Shown here: positions 25,760 to 37,400 of the stretch, in pieces | How positions within the stretch are numbered: the stretch's first letter is position 1 | How the letters are laid out: each line of letters opens with the position of its first letter | Translations under genes and position numbers: made by a program | Virus record (IMG/VR): IMGVR_UViG_3300009506_000003 | Location: 1 to 64,000 of that record | From: a virus | Direction: 5' to 3' (one strand) | Length of the DNA stretch: 64,000 nt | Notes under the pieces: model-generated | The model's input: only the letters and a program-made list of their open reading frames with translations | The model's database searches: none | What the model was told of the DNA's origin: nothing

Positions 25760-28700
25760 CTAAACGATTTCACAGTCGAAAGTAAAGTGGCCTCCAGTTT
25801 GAGCCGTAGCTGAAGGAGTGACCGCACCTCCCGTGTTGTTCCTGATCCGGAACCCGTAGATGTCCGTGGTCGTGCTGCTGTTTCTCACAACCCCGCCTAT
25901 CGTCCAGGCGTCAGGCGTTCCATCCAATGCCCAGATTTGAACTGTCGGGTTGATGTTGGGCGTGTCCGCAAACTCATGCTTTCCTCCTTGACCGAGCCGG
26001 CTACCTTGAGTTGCGATACCCGCAGGCGGGCGAGGTTGCAGCCCCAACGGCCAGTCGGTACCGTTGGGCACCGACACGTCGACGCAGTTGGTCAACCATG
26101 CTCCGAAGTACTGCGTGGGGGACCCAGGAACAATCTCTGCCGCGTTGGTCTTGTAGAAGAACCGCTGGCACAGTTTGAACTCTCCCTGCCATGAGCCGCC
26201 AGCCAACTTCCAGATAGACCTCTTGGGGGTGGAGTCGTAGGTGACTGCATCCACATGATGCTCTGGGACGATAGTGAGCTCCGCAAAACGGAAGTAATCG
26301 GAGGCCCCTGCCGTACCAGTAGGGTTCCAAGTGAACTGCACGCACAGCCCCATGCTGTTGTTGTGAGTACCCGTCGATGGAATAGTGACCCACGTCCTAC
26401 TGGAGCTCACCGTGATGACTTCATTGATGAGCACGGTGGTCCCGTAAGAAGCCCACCCACCCGAGCTAGTCACCGCCGGGGCGAGAGATGTAGCGCCCGC
26501 ATTCGCGGAGATGAGCTTCACCCGAATCTCTCTCGAGCCGCCCTCACTTCCAGAGAAGTCTGCACCTCCCCAGAGCTTCATCTGTAGAGTGGTGTTGCGC
26601 CCAGCGTAGCCCCTGCTGCCCACGAAGTACGAGTATGAGCGCGGGAGCTCTTGGGTCACCCACACTGTGCTGGTGGTGGTACTCGAAGCCGCGCGACGAA
26701 CAACGATTTCCCCGAAGGCGTTGTCGTCCACACAGTCAACAGTGATGTCCCCAGAGTTTCCAGCATCCCAGCACCGCCACCTGTCGAGCGTGTACTGCGG
26801 AGTGGAAGTCAGCGTGTAGGGGGAGCCCCCTCTTTGATCGATGAGCCCGTTCCCGTTGAGAACCATATTGGGGATAGGCTGGGTCCTGCTCACCACGAAC
26901 CGGCGCGTCGCCACGTCACTGTCGTTGTCAGGCAGAGGCTCACCAACATTCTCGATCCGGTTGGTGAACATGTCGAGGATGTCACCGAAGTGAACCTTAC
27001 CGAGGTTGGTGTAGATGGCGTAGTTGTTGGAGGCCCCGTCAAAGTCGTCGATGTAGAGCGCCGCATGATTGGTGAGTGACCCACCTGTCATGCTTCCTTC
27101 AACGATGCGCAGCGCCCTTTGCCACCCGGAGTTGCTGTACGCAGAGTTGCGTCGTGACCGAATGATGAAGGCGTTCATATCGAACGAGCCATTCCACTCA
27201 GTCGACTCCAGGTAGTCGAAGTAGTACCCCACGGAACCGCCCGTTGGGTTGACGTAGTCGTCCTGGACCACCGCGTGGACTCCGTAGCCTGTAGTGGTGC
27301 TGTTCAGGCCAGAGCCTACCCGGTTGATCTCCACTCCACCTTGGAACAAAGCGGACCCAGAGGTAGCGGTTCGGATAGCGTAGCCACCGGGGATGCTCCC
27401 AATGTCGACGCCAACCCGAGTTGAGGGGATCGGGCTGAATGTCGGGAAGTCCTCGATCCGGATGCCGTAGGCTTCCGAGATTGAGGTGTAACTGGTGCCC
27501 TCTCCGAGAGAGAAGTACCCCGCCATCATGGCAGTGGCAGAGCCAGTGCTCATGTAGGCGTGGCCCCAGACACCAATTATCTGACCGACCGTATGGCTCC
27601 CAGCACCTCCGGCATACCAGGCCTCACCGTGCATGCCGACGACGCCAGACTTCGCACCGACCGTATCTCCCATGTCAAAGATTCGACTGACGCTGCCGAA
27701 GATGTAGCTGCTACCGGCAAAGGTCCACCCGTCGTCGTCAACGAGTGTCCGCACAAACATTCCAGAGGTGCGGTAGGACGAGTCAGTGATGGGGTCGTTG
27801 TAGGGGTTGGTGACCTCCGTGTTGAAACACCCACGGTGTCGCACCTTCCCACCGCTCGTGTAGATGGCCCAGTTCTGCTTTGAGGGCTGGTCGGTTGTCT
27901 GGTCTGCAATGTAGAGGCCGTAGGTCGTGTGGCCGCTACCTGCAGGCCATGAGTGGTCATAGTGAATGCCGTAGGTGGTGTACCCGTTGACCGAAGCGAG
28001 ACCGTCAGTACCCGTCAGGTGGAGGAACCGCCTGGTGACAGCGTGTCCGTCATCCTTCACCATGCCAATGCGAGCGCCGGTCCAGTTGGTGAAAGAGCCT
28101 CCACCAACGTTCGAGATCAGCATGTCCGTGCCTAGCCCGAGCAAGCTCGAACTATTCAGGTTGGCGACGGTCCACTCAAGACCGAACTTCGCAAGTGCAG
28201 ACTCCACACCGTTCGAGTGCTTCAAAGTCGTGCGGCTATCCCCCTCCGTGTAGTAGAGGTTGAGGCCGACGTGATCGTTCGGGGAGGTGCCATTCGCGTT
28301 GTCGATGTGGCCACGCGCGGTGAAGCGCAGAGTGATCTGCTCGTTCAGGTTCTCCACTTGAGCAACGATGTCATCATCGTAGCCAGACGAGTGACCTAGC
28401 ACACCGATACCCCGAAGGGTGGTACGAGGAGTGGTGTCATCCCCAGTGTACCAAGGCCACATGTTGATCGTGTCTGGGCGGATGTCTTTGTGCTTGCCGT
28501 AGTTGCGTTCGAGGTCTCCCTCGTTCATCGCCGGCCAGTACGTAGAATCCTTGAGCGACTCGTCCCAGTCGTAGTGCTCAAACGAAATCCTTGTCCTGAC
28601 ACCCTGGATGGACTGGCGTAGGTCGCCGTAGAGCACGTCGTCGAAGCTGTCCGTGTTGCCCCACAGGTTCATGATGGCGCGTTGGACACTTGCCTCGAGC

Positions 28701-30316
28701 ACACCTTCGTTGGCTGCCCCTCCGATAGACGCTGTCGGGTCGTCAGCAATCCCTCGAAGCGTAGACGCTTCCAGCATCTTGATGGCCACCGCGTCACCGG
28801 GGTCCGGAGGTAGCTGGTCGCCAGAGGTATCGAATCGAAGGAATGGGTCCAACACCCACTGACCGTCTGTCTGAATGGTAACGGTGCCCGGACTGCCCGA
28901 TGTCAAATCGGAGTTCAAGTAGACCGGACCGAAGTCCGAAGCGACGAGCTTCAAGGTCTCCTTGTCAATGATGCGATCCACTCGGTAGGAGCCGTTGTTG
29001 CTGAACGGCTCAGAGACGGTAGACCCGGCCCAGGTTACCTCATCCCCCTCCAGGATGGCATTCGTGGTGAGGAAATCCTCCCCAACAAACACGACCCGGT
29101 TCCCTTGCTCTACTCGAGTGGGGGAGATACCGCTGCGCTTGACGACAGGAACATTCTCCAGCCTGTTGGTCCCAGCCGCCGCGTCGGTCACGTTGGCGTA
29201 CACCCCGTCCACCAGAACAGGGTTGAACACGATCAGCCCACGCTGAGCTGAGATGTTCTGGTTCTCGAAGCTGCCCTCGTTGTAGATCCGGTAGCGCTGC
29301 CCTGTAGCTGGGTCGACATTGTCTATGGCGATCCGGTCCCCTGTGGGGTCCTCGAACACTTCGAGGATCTTCATCGGGATGCCATTGAGAGCCGCGCCCT
29401 CACCCGTGAAGTTCGTGGACATCACGTGGGCATTCTTCTCCAACAACGACTCTGGATTGCCCCAGTTGGTGTCGCCCTTCGCAATCTGACGACCTTGGTC
29501 GTCGATATAGAAGTTGGTCACCGCGTTCGTGTACGACGGCACGAACGTCTTCTTGGCGAGCTCTCTGCCGTCTCCACTCTGGACAGAGAAGAGCTTCTTC
29601 AGTTGTGCTGTAGTGGGGGCGGTGACATCTCCTACATAGACCAGCTTCCCGCCGGACAACTGGACGCCTTCTGCCGCTCCCGGTGAAGAGTAGACGCCAT
29701 CGTAGCCGAAGGACTTTTTGGCCACCCTCTTTTTGCTGATGATGCCTTCGTTTCGGTCGTTGTTGACTGCGAGCTGGTAGATGGCCCGGTTGACGATCTT
29801 GGAGTTGAAGCTCTCGCCTTCAGCCATGGTCATCTGACCAGGCGTGGCGACTTGCCGGTCTGGGTCTACGTGCGCGGCCTGAACGATGTCTCCGGAGTAG
29901 GACTCTGTCTCAGCGAAAAGGCCAAGGTTGAAGAACACGTCGGTGGGGGAAGATGCCGGGTCGGTCTCAAGACGGAGAGAGCTGCCGTCGCCTGTCGTGG
30001 TGCTGGTGAGTCGAAGGAACCCGTTGTCCCTGCTGGCAACAGAGGCCCCTACTTGAGTGTTGATCTGGCTGACAACCTCATCCAAAGGGAGCTTGGCCCC
30101 GTAGGTAAAGCTGATCGTGTGCAGGACACTGTCGACATACAGGTTGAACGCGCGGCCGTCGACGTCATACCCGTCCACGGGCTCCCTGACCACACCGAGG
30201 ATGGTAGCCTTGGTGAGCATGGTGTTTGGGAGAAGGTTGGGGGTAGACCCAATCTTCAAAATGGGCCACGACCCAATGAGGGTCCCCAAATCTGAATGTC
30301 GTGTCATCTGCGGCAT
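25760..30316 (-). CDS. Tail fibre / receptor-binding protein
   Basis: 1518 aa, beta-rich. Fibre-type motifs RIENVGEP...DVATRRFV, NMVLNGNGLIDQRG...YTLDRW and C-terminal CQRFFYK. Confidence 0.8.
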   Translation of the reverse strand: MPQMTRHSDLGTLIGSWPILKIGSTPNLLPNTMLTKATILGVVREPVDGYDVDGRAFNLYVDSVLHTISFTYGAKLPLDEVVSQINTQVGASVASRDNGFLRLTSTTTGDGSSLRLETDPASSPTDVFFNLGLFAETESYSGDIVQAAHVDPDRQVATPGQMTMAEGESFNSKIVNRAIYQLAVNNDRNEGIISKKRVAKKSFGYDGVYSSPGAAEGVQLSGGKLVYVGDVTAPTTAQLKKLFSVQSGDGRELAKKTFVPSYTNAVTNFYIDDQGRQIAKGDTNWGNPESLLEKNAHVMSTNFTGEGAALNGIPMKILEVFEDPTGDRIAIDNVDPATGQRYRIYNEGSFENQNISAQRGLIVFNPVLVDGVYANVTDAAAGTNRLENVPVVKRSGISPTRVEQGNRVVFVGEDFLTTNAILEGDEVTWAGSTVSEPFSNNGSYRVDRIIDKETLKLVASDFGPVYLNSDLTSGSPGTVTIQTDGQWVLDPFLRFDTSGDQLPPDPGDAVAIKMLEASTLRGIADDPTASIGGAANEGVLEASVQRAIMNLWGNTDSFDDVLYGDLRQSIQGVRTRISFEHYDWDESLKDSTYWPAMNEGDLERNYGKHKDIRPDTINMWPWYTGDDTTPRTTLRGIGVLGHSSGYDDDIVAQVENLNEQITLRFTARGHIDNANGTSPNDHVGLNLYYTEGDSRTTLKHSNGVESALAKFGLEWTVANLNSSSLLGLGTDMLISNVGGGSFTNWTGARIGMVKDDGHAVTRRFLHLTGTDGLASVNGYTTYGIHYDHSWPAGSGHTTYGLYIADQTTDQPSKQNWAIYTSGGKVRHRGCFNTEVTNPYNDPITDSSYRTSGMFVRTLVDDDGWTFAGSSYIFGSVSRIFDMGDTVGAKSGVVGMHGEAWYAGGAGSHTVGQIIGVWGHAYMSTGSATAMMAGYFSLGEGTSYTSISEAYGIRIEDFPTFSPIPSTRVGVDIGSIPGGYAIRTATSGSALFQGGVEINRVGSGLNSTTTGYGVHAVVQDDYVNPTGGSVGYYFDYLESTEWNGSFDMNAFIIRSRRNSAYSNSGWQRALRIVEGSMTGGSLTNHAALYIDDFDGASNNYAIYTNLGKVHFGDILDMFTNRIENVGEPLPDNDSDVATRRFVVSRTQPIPNMVLNGNGLIDQRGGSPYTLTSTPQYTLDRWRCWDAGNSGDITVDCVDDNAFGEIVVRRAASSTTTSTVWVTQELPRSYSYFVGSRGYAGRNTTLQMKLWGGADFSGSEGGSREIRVKLISANAGATSLAPAVTSSGGWASYGTTVLINEVITVSSSRTWVTIPSTGTHNNSMGLCVQFTWNPTGTAGASDYFRFAELTIVPEHHVDAVTYDSTPKRSIWKLAGGSWQGEFKLCQRFFYKTNAAEIVPGSPTQYFGAWLTNCVDVSVPNGTDWPLGLQPRPPAGIATQGSRLGQGGKHEFADTPNINPTVQIWALDGTPDAWTIGGVVRNSSTTTDIYGFRIRNNTGGAVTPSATAQTGGHFTFDCEIV

Positions 30317-30326
30317 GCCGACCTCG

Positions 30327-30932
30327 CTACTCGAACCGGAAGTCCCAACGCACTTCCAGCGTGAAGTCTATCGTTTTGGTCAAAGGCTCGAAAGCCTTAT
30401 AGGCCACCGGCGGGTTGGTACCTACCGATGGGTTCAACGTGGTGTCCACATTCCCCGGGTCCTGAGCAGCGTCCTCTGAGCCGTCGTTGGGCAGCCCAGC
30501 ATTGGCAGGATTGACGTCCGCAAACAGACCAGCCTCCGTGATCACCACCGGAGTAGCAGAGAGAGTGATCTCATTCAGCAAGAACTCCTTGATGAACCGC
30601 ACAGACGTCGCAGTGGGAAACTCAACCGCCTGGATCGGGACCATGTACTGCGTCGTCGTAGCCAGAACAGGGATGGCCAAAGATGCCACCGTAGTGGCCT
30701 CGATCTGCGAGCCCCTTCCCATACCCAGCCAGCGTACCCTCCGATTGGTAAAGGGCACGTCAGTGGACGCAGTAGCATACCAGGAGACGAGCTTGGCCAG
30801 CCAGTTGCGGCCATTCGTCGTGAAGATGTTGTGCCCTTCCCGACGCGAGCCGGGCACGATCTTCCCGCCTTCGCGCAGGTGAGCATAGAAGTTGCCTATT
30901 GCGCGAATGTCTTCTGGAAATCGCATGCCCAT
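30327..30932 (-). CDS. Tail-fibre collar/baseplate-associated protein (paralog A)
   Basis: GHNIFTTNGRNWLA...GRGSQ...ITEAGLF...AYKAFEPLTKT..FTLEVRWDFRF. Confidence 0.65.
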   Translation of the reverse strand: MGMRFPEDIRAIGNFYAHLREGGKIVPGSRREGHNIFTTNGRNWLAKLVSWYATASTDVPFTNRRVRWLGMGRGSQIEATTVASLAIPVLATTTQYMVPIQAVEFPTATSVRFIKEFLLNEITLSATPVVITEAGLFADVNPANAGLPNDGSEDAAQDPGNVDTTLNPSVGTNPPVAYKAFEPLTKTIDFTLEVRWDFRFE

Positions 30933-30941
30933 CTCTGCCTC

Positions 30942-31430
30942 CTAGAACTTCAGCTCCCAAAACGTCTCGAGCTCGAATCCGGACATCTTGAGAATCGGCT
31001 CGAACGTCTTGTAGAACGCCAGCCTATTCTCCAACGAACCCGCCCCAGCTCGCAACTGGAGACCTGTCTCCGAGATGTAATAGCCGTTGAGGGTTCCCGT
31101 GCCTAGAGTGTGGTGGATTCGAACGACGGTAGACGTAGGGAACGTTGTCTCATCTCGTGCGTTCACGTCAAAGCCGGCGATGTAGTTGTTCAACCACGTC
31201 ACGGCCATCGAAGCAGGCTGAGTACCTTGTCCGTAGACGAATCGTTTCAGCCTCCTATCTTCCAAAGGGACGTCCGTGCCGGCGATGGTGTCCCAGACAA
31301 TCAGGTTCCGAAGCCATTCCCGGCCGTACAGAGTGAAGACGTTGTGGCCCTCCCGAACAGAACTCTGCACGATGCACCCGTCAGGGTCGCGCAGGTACGT
31401 GAGGAAGTTGCAGCCCGGTGACATCATCAC
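30942..31430 (-). CDS. Tail-fibre collar/baseplate-associated protein (paralog B)
   Basis: GHNVFTLYGREWLR...ISETGL...FYKTFEPILKM..FELETFWELKF; colinear with 30327. Confidence 0.65.
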   Translation of the reverse strand: MMMSPGCNFLTYLRDPDGCIVQSSVREGHNVFTLYGREWLRNLIVWDTIAGTDVPLEDRRLKRFVYGQGTQPASMAVTWLNNYIAGFDVNARDETTFPTSTVVRIHHTLGTGTLNGYYISETGLQLRAGAGSLENRLAFYKTFEPILKMSGFELETFWELKF

Positions 31431-32587
31431 TCGACACTCCTGAAGACCAAGAACTGGTACCATTCCGTGTCGGTTGGGTCGACAGACTCAAACACCCCAA
31501 AAGTGTCCGGGTCCTGCAAGGTGAACACCATGCCATGCTGCGGCTCCGTGCCCACGCTTCCAATCAATCTGATTCGGTCTCCCTTTCGGAAGCCCAGCCT
31601 CTTTGGTGACACAGCGTCGTTCGCAGGTCCTCCCAAAACGTAGTTGAGCCCGCTGTAGGCGGGGTTGCGTTCAAAGTTGGCCGACCCCAAAGACCTGATG
31701 GTGTTGTTCAAAGACACAGAGCTCAGGCACCCAGGCTCCAGTCGGTCGGTGGGACTCAAATCATCCAGAGCGGCCCACGGGGTCCGGATGCCCGGCGCTG
31801 CAGAAGAGAAAGCCTCAGTGGCCTCTGCCTCTGCCGTGAACTCGATGTCCGCTTCCGCCCCAGATCCCAGCGTTCGAATGGCAGTGACGTCGGAGACTAG
31901 ACCTTGGCCCTGAATGTCTTCCGTCTCGCCGCCTGTCTTTCTGAATGGGCTGGTGTCAAACGCCAATCCCTGCCCTTGAATCGGGTCAGCGTTGGCGAGC
32001 CGTATGATGCCACCAGTAGCGGTGGTCCATGACGTTCCTTGAAGAACTGACTCCGTGTTGACGATGACCCGCAGCACCCCAGACTTGGGAACCAGACTGT
32101 CCAGAGTTGGAGTCTCAACCGCTATCAACCCATCCAGGTCGGCTTCCATGCCGACTGCAGTGACCCCGTCTGCGGTCACCATCGGGGCCCACTTCTTCCT
32201 GTACGTCTTGATGCTGACTGGTGGGAGCCACGACACGTCTCCGTCGCAGTCCATAGCTCCGTCTTCGTCGTAGTTGTTCTTCGGCGCTAAGTACTGCTCC
32301 CTGGTGTACGGAGCGCCGGATACTCCACGTGGGTAGACGGCACACCCCATCTCCTGAGCTTCAGGAGTCGAAGGGTCCCACACGAGCATGCCATCTTGAT
32401 CTACGCCCTGGGTTGTACCGTCCCAATACACACCCGTGAGCCGCTTCTTCGCAATCTTTCGGAACGAAGAGGCCACAAAAGGCTGAATGGAGAGGTCAGC
32501 CTCGTAGGCCAAGCAGCCATCCAAGTCCGCCCCAAAGGACGAACCGTCCGTGTAGACGGGTGCTGCAATCAGGGCGTGGTCAGCCAC
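31427..32587 (-). CDS. Putative virion structural protein with short DxDG repeats
   Basis: 386 aa; ADLDG, VDQDG, MDCDG, ADLDG and two IQGQGL repeats. Confidence 0.6.
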   Translation of the reverse strand: MADHALIAAPVYTDGSSFGADLDGCLAYEADLSIQPFVASSFRKIAKKRLTGVYWDGTTQGVDQDGMLVWDPSTPEAQEMGCAVYPRGVSGAPYTREQYLAPKNNYDEDGAMDCDGDVSWLPPVSIKTYRKKWAPMVTADGVTAVGMEADLDGLIAVETPTLDSLVPKSGVLRVIVNTESVLQGTSWTTATGGIIRLANADPIQGQGLAFDTSPFRKTGGETEDIQGQGLVSDVTAIRTLGSGAEADIEFTAEAEATEAFSSAAPGIRTPWAALDDLSPTDRLEPGCLSSVSLNNTIRSLGSANFERNPAYSGLNYVLGGPANDAVSPKRLGFRKGDRIRLIGSVGTEPQHGMVFTLQDPDTFGVFESVDPTDTEWYQFLVFRSVE

Positions 32588-32597
32588 TCAAACGCTC

Positions 32598-33641
32598 CTA
32601 CAGCGGCCCAAGAAGGATAGACGCAGTGGTGCTGGTCACCAGGGCAAGATAGGCGTTGACGCCATCAGTGACATTGTCCCCTTTGATGACACCCTGACCA
32701 TCGCAGCTCTCCATGTTGTAGCAGTACCCCACAAAACCTGTGAGACCTGACACGGAGATGGACACCGACATCACCCCTCCAGCAAGCTCTCCACTCCATT
32801 CTGATGGGTCGTTGTACGAAGCGTCAGAGAGCAGAGTGTAGTAGGCTCTGTTCTGATGCGCTGTGGAGCCGTTGTAGACCCCATTCGGGCACAGTCCCGT
32901 GTACCCGTAGAAGTAGTAGTAGTCGTTGCTGAAGTTGGTCATGTAGCACGCCATGGCAGGATGGGGGTTCTCCCCAATGACCGCCCCGGCGTCGAAGCCT
33001 GACCCCAGCGTCGACTGGAAGGTGATGGACCCAGCGGCGATGGACTGGATCGTGTGCCACTCAGCATTCCCCCAGTTGGCACTCCCCGAGTTGTGCCCGT
33101 GGTTGTAGATCAAAACCTTCTGACCCACGATCAGCTTCGTCGTCATGTCCGACGCCACGTTCACCGTCTGAACGCCTGCAGCGTACGCCGCTGTCGTGCG
33201 AGTCAAGCCCGCTTTGCTCGGGTGGAGACCACGACGGAGGAACCCCTCATAGAACTTGTACCAGGTTCCGTTGTAGATGAAGACGCCGGCGACCGCGAAC
33301 TGGTTGACCCGGAAGTGGTACTGCAAGTTGGACCAGCCGGACATGTACGATTGGTTGCCTGACGAGCTGTTCTCGTGCGTCCCGGTGTGCGAAGTGGTGT
33401 CCCAGTCCGTGTAGGTGTTCCACGAGAAGTAGTTGGCGCTGGAAACGCCCCACCTCATTCGCAGGTAGCAGTAGTTCAAAGCCGTGGCGTCGATGGGAGT
33501 GCTTCGGAACACAATGTCTCTGCTGCCGGCGCTGTCGCTCAAGATGTCGTGAGCAGTCCACCCGTTTGCCAGAAGACCGGTGCGGATAGCCTGGTACAGA
33601 GCATCTCCGTCGGCCGCAGTTCCTGTGTAGTATTGTGCCAT
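32598..33641 (-). CDS. Putative virion structural protein
   Basis: GGAGG RBS; Ser/Thr/Gly/Tyr-rich; located in the tail cluster. Confidence 0.65.
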   Translation of the reverse strand: MAQYYTGTAADGDALYQAIRTGLLANGWTAHDILSDSAGSRDIVFRSTPIDATALNYCYLRMRWGVSSANYFSWNTYTDWDTTSHTGTHENSSSGNQSYMSGWSNLQYHFRVNQFAVAGVFIYNGTWYKFYEGFLRRGLHPSKAGLTRTTAAYAAGVQTVNVASDMTTKLIVGQKVLIYNHGHNSGSANWGNAEWHTIQSIAAGSITFQSTLGSGFDAGAVIGENPHPAMACYMTNFSNDYYYFYGYTGLCPNGVYNGSTAHQNRAYYTLLSDASYNDPSEWSGELAGGVMSVSISVSGLTGFVGYCYNMESCDGQGVIKGDNVTDGVNAYLALVTSTTASILLGPL

Positions 33642-33653
33642 GGTCCTGTCCTC

Positions 33654-34043
33654 CTACAATTCTTGAACTTGAAGATCCCCGATGGGGAACTCCAAGATGT
33701 CGTCAAGGCCGATTGTTTTGGGCGCCGTGAGGTTGCCGTAGTAGAGCATGTTCCCTACCGTCAACGCATCCATGATGGCGTAGTGCCCAATGGTCCCCCA
33801 CGACCCGGTGGCTGTGGGGAAAGTGATCGCCGCCGAGTTCGTGACGATGCCACCAGAAGCCGCACCGAACGTAATCAGCTTCCTAGCGTACCCAGCCCCA
33901 GAGACCTCAGTACCGCCGCCTGCCTCACCTGGACCGGATCCGTCGATGAACAGGGCCATGTAGGGTTGGACAGCGGACTGAGCATTGTTGCGCAGAAAAT
34001 GCTCGAGCACCACGTTCTCGAACCAGTTTGTTTTTGCCGTCAT
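33654..34043 (-). CDS. Conserved small tail structural protein (paralog A)
   Basis: TEVSGAGYAR..ITFGAASGG..TNSAAITFPTATGSWGTIGHYAIMDA...LTAPKTI, a widespread phage tail family. Confidence 0.75.
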   Translation of the reverse strand: MTAKTNWFENVVLEHFLRNNAQSAVQPYMALFIDGSGPGEAGGGTEVSGAGYARKLITFGAASGGIVTNSAAITFPTATGSWGTIGHYAIMDALTVGNMLYYGNLTAPKTIGLDDILEFPIGDLQVQEL

Positions 34044-34072
34044 GCTTCAGTCCTCCTTCAGACTCTCATACC

Positions 34073-34495
34073 TCAATTCGCCGTGATAAGCATTCCCCCG
34101 CTCGGGATTCGGAAGATGTCCCCAGCTTCGACCGCCTTTGGTGAAGCCAGATCTCCGTGCACCACGTACCTCGCGTTCGTGGCGTCATACAGGAACCAGT
34201 AGGCAACCGTGCCCCAGCTCCCAGTAGCGGCAGGCGTCCACGTGAAAGAGACACCGTTGGTCTTGGTTGTCACGCCACCCCCGTCAGTGGAGGCAGCGGG
34301 GAATGTCGTGGCGTTGTTGGTTACGGTCAGGCGCCCGTAGCCTCCGCCTGAAGGCTCGGTGATTCCCGTACCGTCATCGCTGATCGGCGTAGTAGACAAC
34401 CCAAGCTGATAGCTGGCAGGGGTGTACCCTGCAATGGCTCCCGCCCCGAATACGAGGTCCAGTACCGTACGTTCGCCTACGTCGAATAGACTCAT
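34073..34495 (-). CDS. Conserved small tail structural protein (paralog B)
   Basis: TEPSGGGYGR...ATGSWGTVAYWFLYDA...LASPKAVEAGD; same family as 33654. Confidence 0.75.
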   Translation of the reverse strand: MSLFDVGERTVLDLVFGAGAIAGYTPASYQLGLSTTPISDDGTGITEPSGGGYGRLTVTNNATTFPAASTDGGGVTTKTNGVSFTWTPAATGSWGTVAYWFLYDATNARYVVHGDLASPKAVEAGDIFRIPSGGMLITAN

Positions 34496-37400
34496 GGCTG
34501 CGCTCCAAATGTCAAAGTGACGGGGGTGTTTGACGTCTCTGTGAACGCGGCATCGATGGCGATTCTGCCGGGGTCAACGTACCCCTTGATGTAGAAGGTT
34601 TGGTTGCGAGTCGGGTCCGGGTGGCCAGAGACTGACACAAACTGCCCGACCATCCCAGGCGTGAAGATGTCTCGCACTGGGGGAGCCCAGTCCCAGTTCA
34701 TCGCCAGCCCCACAACGTCCATGTAGATTGCTCGCAGTAGCTGCTCGGTAATCCCGGAGTTGTATTCGAAGGACGCCGCCAGGACCTGCTGCTTCAAATG
34801 AACAGGCCGTACAATCCTGTAGGCCAGATCACTGTCCGTACCGAAGACGGGGTCGGTACCGTCTGCAAGGCGAACCACCAGACTGGTAGGATCGAGAGTG
34901 GGAGGCAGCGGAGCAATGTGCCAGCGCTCGTTGCTTCTCGTAGCGGTGGCTCCGCTGTCGTTGCGAACCTCCACAGAGGTCGGATCGACGTAGGACGTGA
35001 TGATGGCGGACTTCTGCTCGGCATACGCCCAGAAGTCATCGAACACGATAGTGCGGCCCACCATGGAAGGGGACATCCCAGTCAGCCCCGTCACTACCCC
35101 AGTGGTCCAATTCACCGTACAGTTCAAACCTCGAAGGTTTGAGTCGCGATGCACAATAACATACTCGCCCTGGCTGGCTGGCAAGGTGGGGTTCGCGCGG
35201 TCTTTCTCGATGACTACGTGGTCTCCTACTCTCACGCTGGCTTTGACGAAGTCCGCTGCAGCAGAGGACACCACGTTGTCAGCAACTACCAAGTCGGTGC
35301 CGCGGTAGAGGGTTGGGGCTTCTCGTCGGAGAATGGTGCAGATGAGGTTGCTGCCGAACTGAAACTGCTTCGTCACGAGGTGATGCTTCGGGGTCCCCAT
35401 GCGAGTCACAGGTAGGGTGTAGTACGTGTAGTCGTCTGGGTCTGGGCCAAACGCTGACCACCCAAGATGAAGAGTGTTCTCGTCGATAACCTCTTCGATC
35501 TCGTACATCCCGGGCTGCGTAGGCGTAGAGCCCTCCTGGCCTTGCAAGATCACCAGGATGTCTCCTTCGATGGGAGACCATGGCCGAAGGGTAGCGGACT
35601 CCCCACCGTACTGCCTGCCGCGGACCATGTCCAAGTCCCAGCCCGTCGCAGACGATGCAAGGATGTTGGTGCCTACGATCTCGTAGCTGACTCCAGATTG
35701 AAGAGCGGTGAACGGGGTCCCTACGACTTTGACAATCGTGTAGTCTGACGTGTCCAGAATGTCGACTGAGAGGATCTCGTAGTCCCCCACGTAGGAACCA
35801 CTCAGCACTCGAAGAGTGTCTCCCGCCCGGGGAGGGTGAGGGATCATCGTGGTGATGTAGCCACTCATTCTGAAGAGAGAAGGATTGCCCAGAGCTCCGG
35901 CCTGCCCTCCAGTTCCGGACGTTCTCGGTTGGGATGTCGATTCCGAAGTGACGACATCCTGAAGCATACGAGGCGTGCGTGTATTAAACGGCGCCGAACC
36001 AGCGTTCCACAGCAACCCGCCCTGCTGATTGTAGTCGTTGGACCGCGCGGTGGCTTCCAGTCCCCAGATGTTGTCGTAGAACTTCATCACCTCCCGGCCG
36101 CCAAGAACGTCCGTCAGCTCGATGTCGTCCACGAGCTCGAGGAGGGTAGAGGTCACGACTTTTGTGTAGGCAGGTTTGATCTGCCTCACAAAGTCTACTG
36201 CGAACTGCACGTCGTCTGCGTTGAAGGTGCGGCTGTCGATAAAGACCTTGAACGTGAAGTACTTCAAGATCTCCAATCCCTGGAAGGTGCGCTGCCACCA
36301 GAGAGGGTCCTTCACATAGTCGACGACATCCACACCCTTGGAGATGGGCGCGAAGCGGACAATCTTGTCTCCGATGGCGTAGGGCCGCTGGGTGGCCGGA
36401 TTGGTCTCCAACCCCACTGCTGTCGAGTAGAAGTAGACCCTACGGAACCCCAACCTCTTTCCGGTTACCTCGTCCGTATCTTCAATCAGGATGCGGCCGA
36501 GAGGGTTCCCTTCCGTGTCTACGGTGAAGCTGTCCTGCACTTCAAGGACCACACCGGTCTCTTCGGAGAATGGAAGGCCCAAAAGAATCTGCAGCCCCAA
36601 CCGGATGTTCGAGATGGTAGGGCCGTTCGTGTAGGCGAAGAAGAGACCTTTCACTGCACTGAGGTAAGGAGCTCGAGTTCTACTCTCAGTGAGGTCATCC
36701 TTCAACAACCCGACCAGCCTGCCAAAGTTGCCTTCAACCACAGCCGAGTTGTCGAAGATGGCGCACTCCATCCAGAACTTCTCAGGGGAAGGCTCAGAGA
36801 TCGAGAAGAGATCACTGACAAACGTCAGCATCCCGTCCTCAATGACATAGTCGAGGTTCTCACGAAGAGCTACAGGGGGATCGATGACGCTCTCTTGCAG
36901 GACGGGCGCACTGACCAGCTCGTCTGGCACCCTCGCCTTTTGGTTGTGGATGATCTCTTTCGCTTTGAAGGTGACGCCATACTGAGAGAACGGACGGGTG
37001 TTGAGGTTGATGCCTGTGGGCATGAAGCTGATGAGAGTCTCAGCCGCCGCAGCGATGTCCTCATTGCTCGCCTGACCAGGGACAATCCTCAAGTCCAGAA
37101 CGATCTTCCTGAAGAGGGCCCGGTCGAAGTTCCCTCCGGTCTTGCCTCTCTCAACCCATTCGATTCCAGGATTGGCTGAGTCCGCCCCAGACGCGAGACG
37201 GTTCTCAATCGTGACCGCGTCTTCTGAAAGGAAACCTCGAATGCGATAGACCCCGGGATTATCCCCGTTGAGAATCTCGAGCCAGCCACCCACAGAAGTG
37301 GGGCGTATATTCTTCAATCCGCTGACTGTGACTAGCCCTCCAGACTCCACCAACGTAGCGTCGGAGCCGCTGTTCACCACCGGGTCGAGAACAGCGCCTG

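Noticed and set aside
25760-26400. Tail-fibre C-terminus as a diversity-generating retroelement target
   Set aside because: No reverse transcriptase and no template/variable repeat pair were seen in the window; a remote element cannot be excluded.
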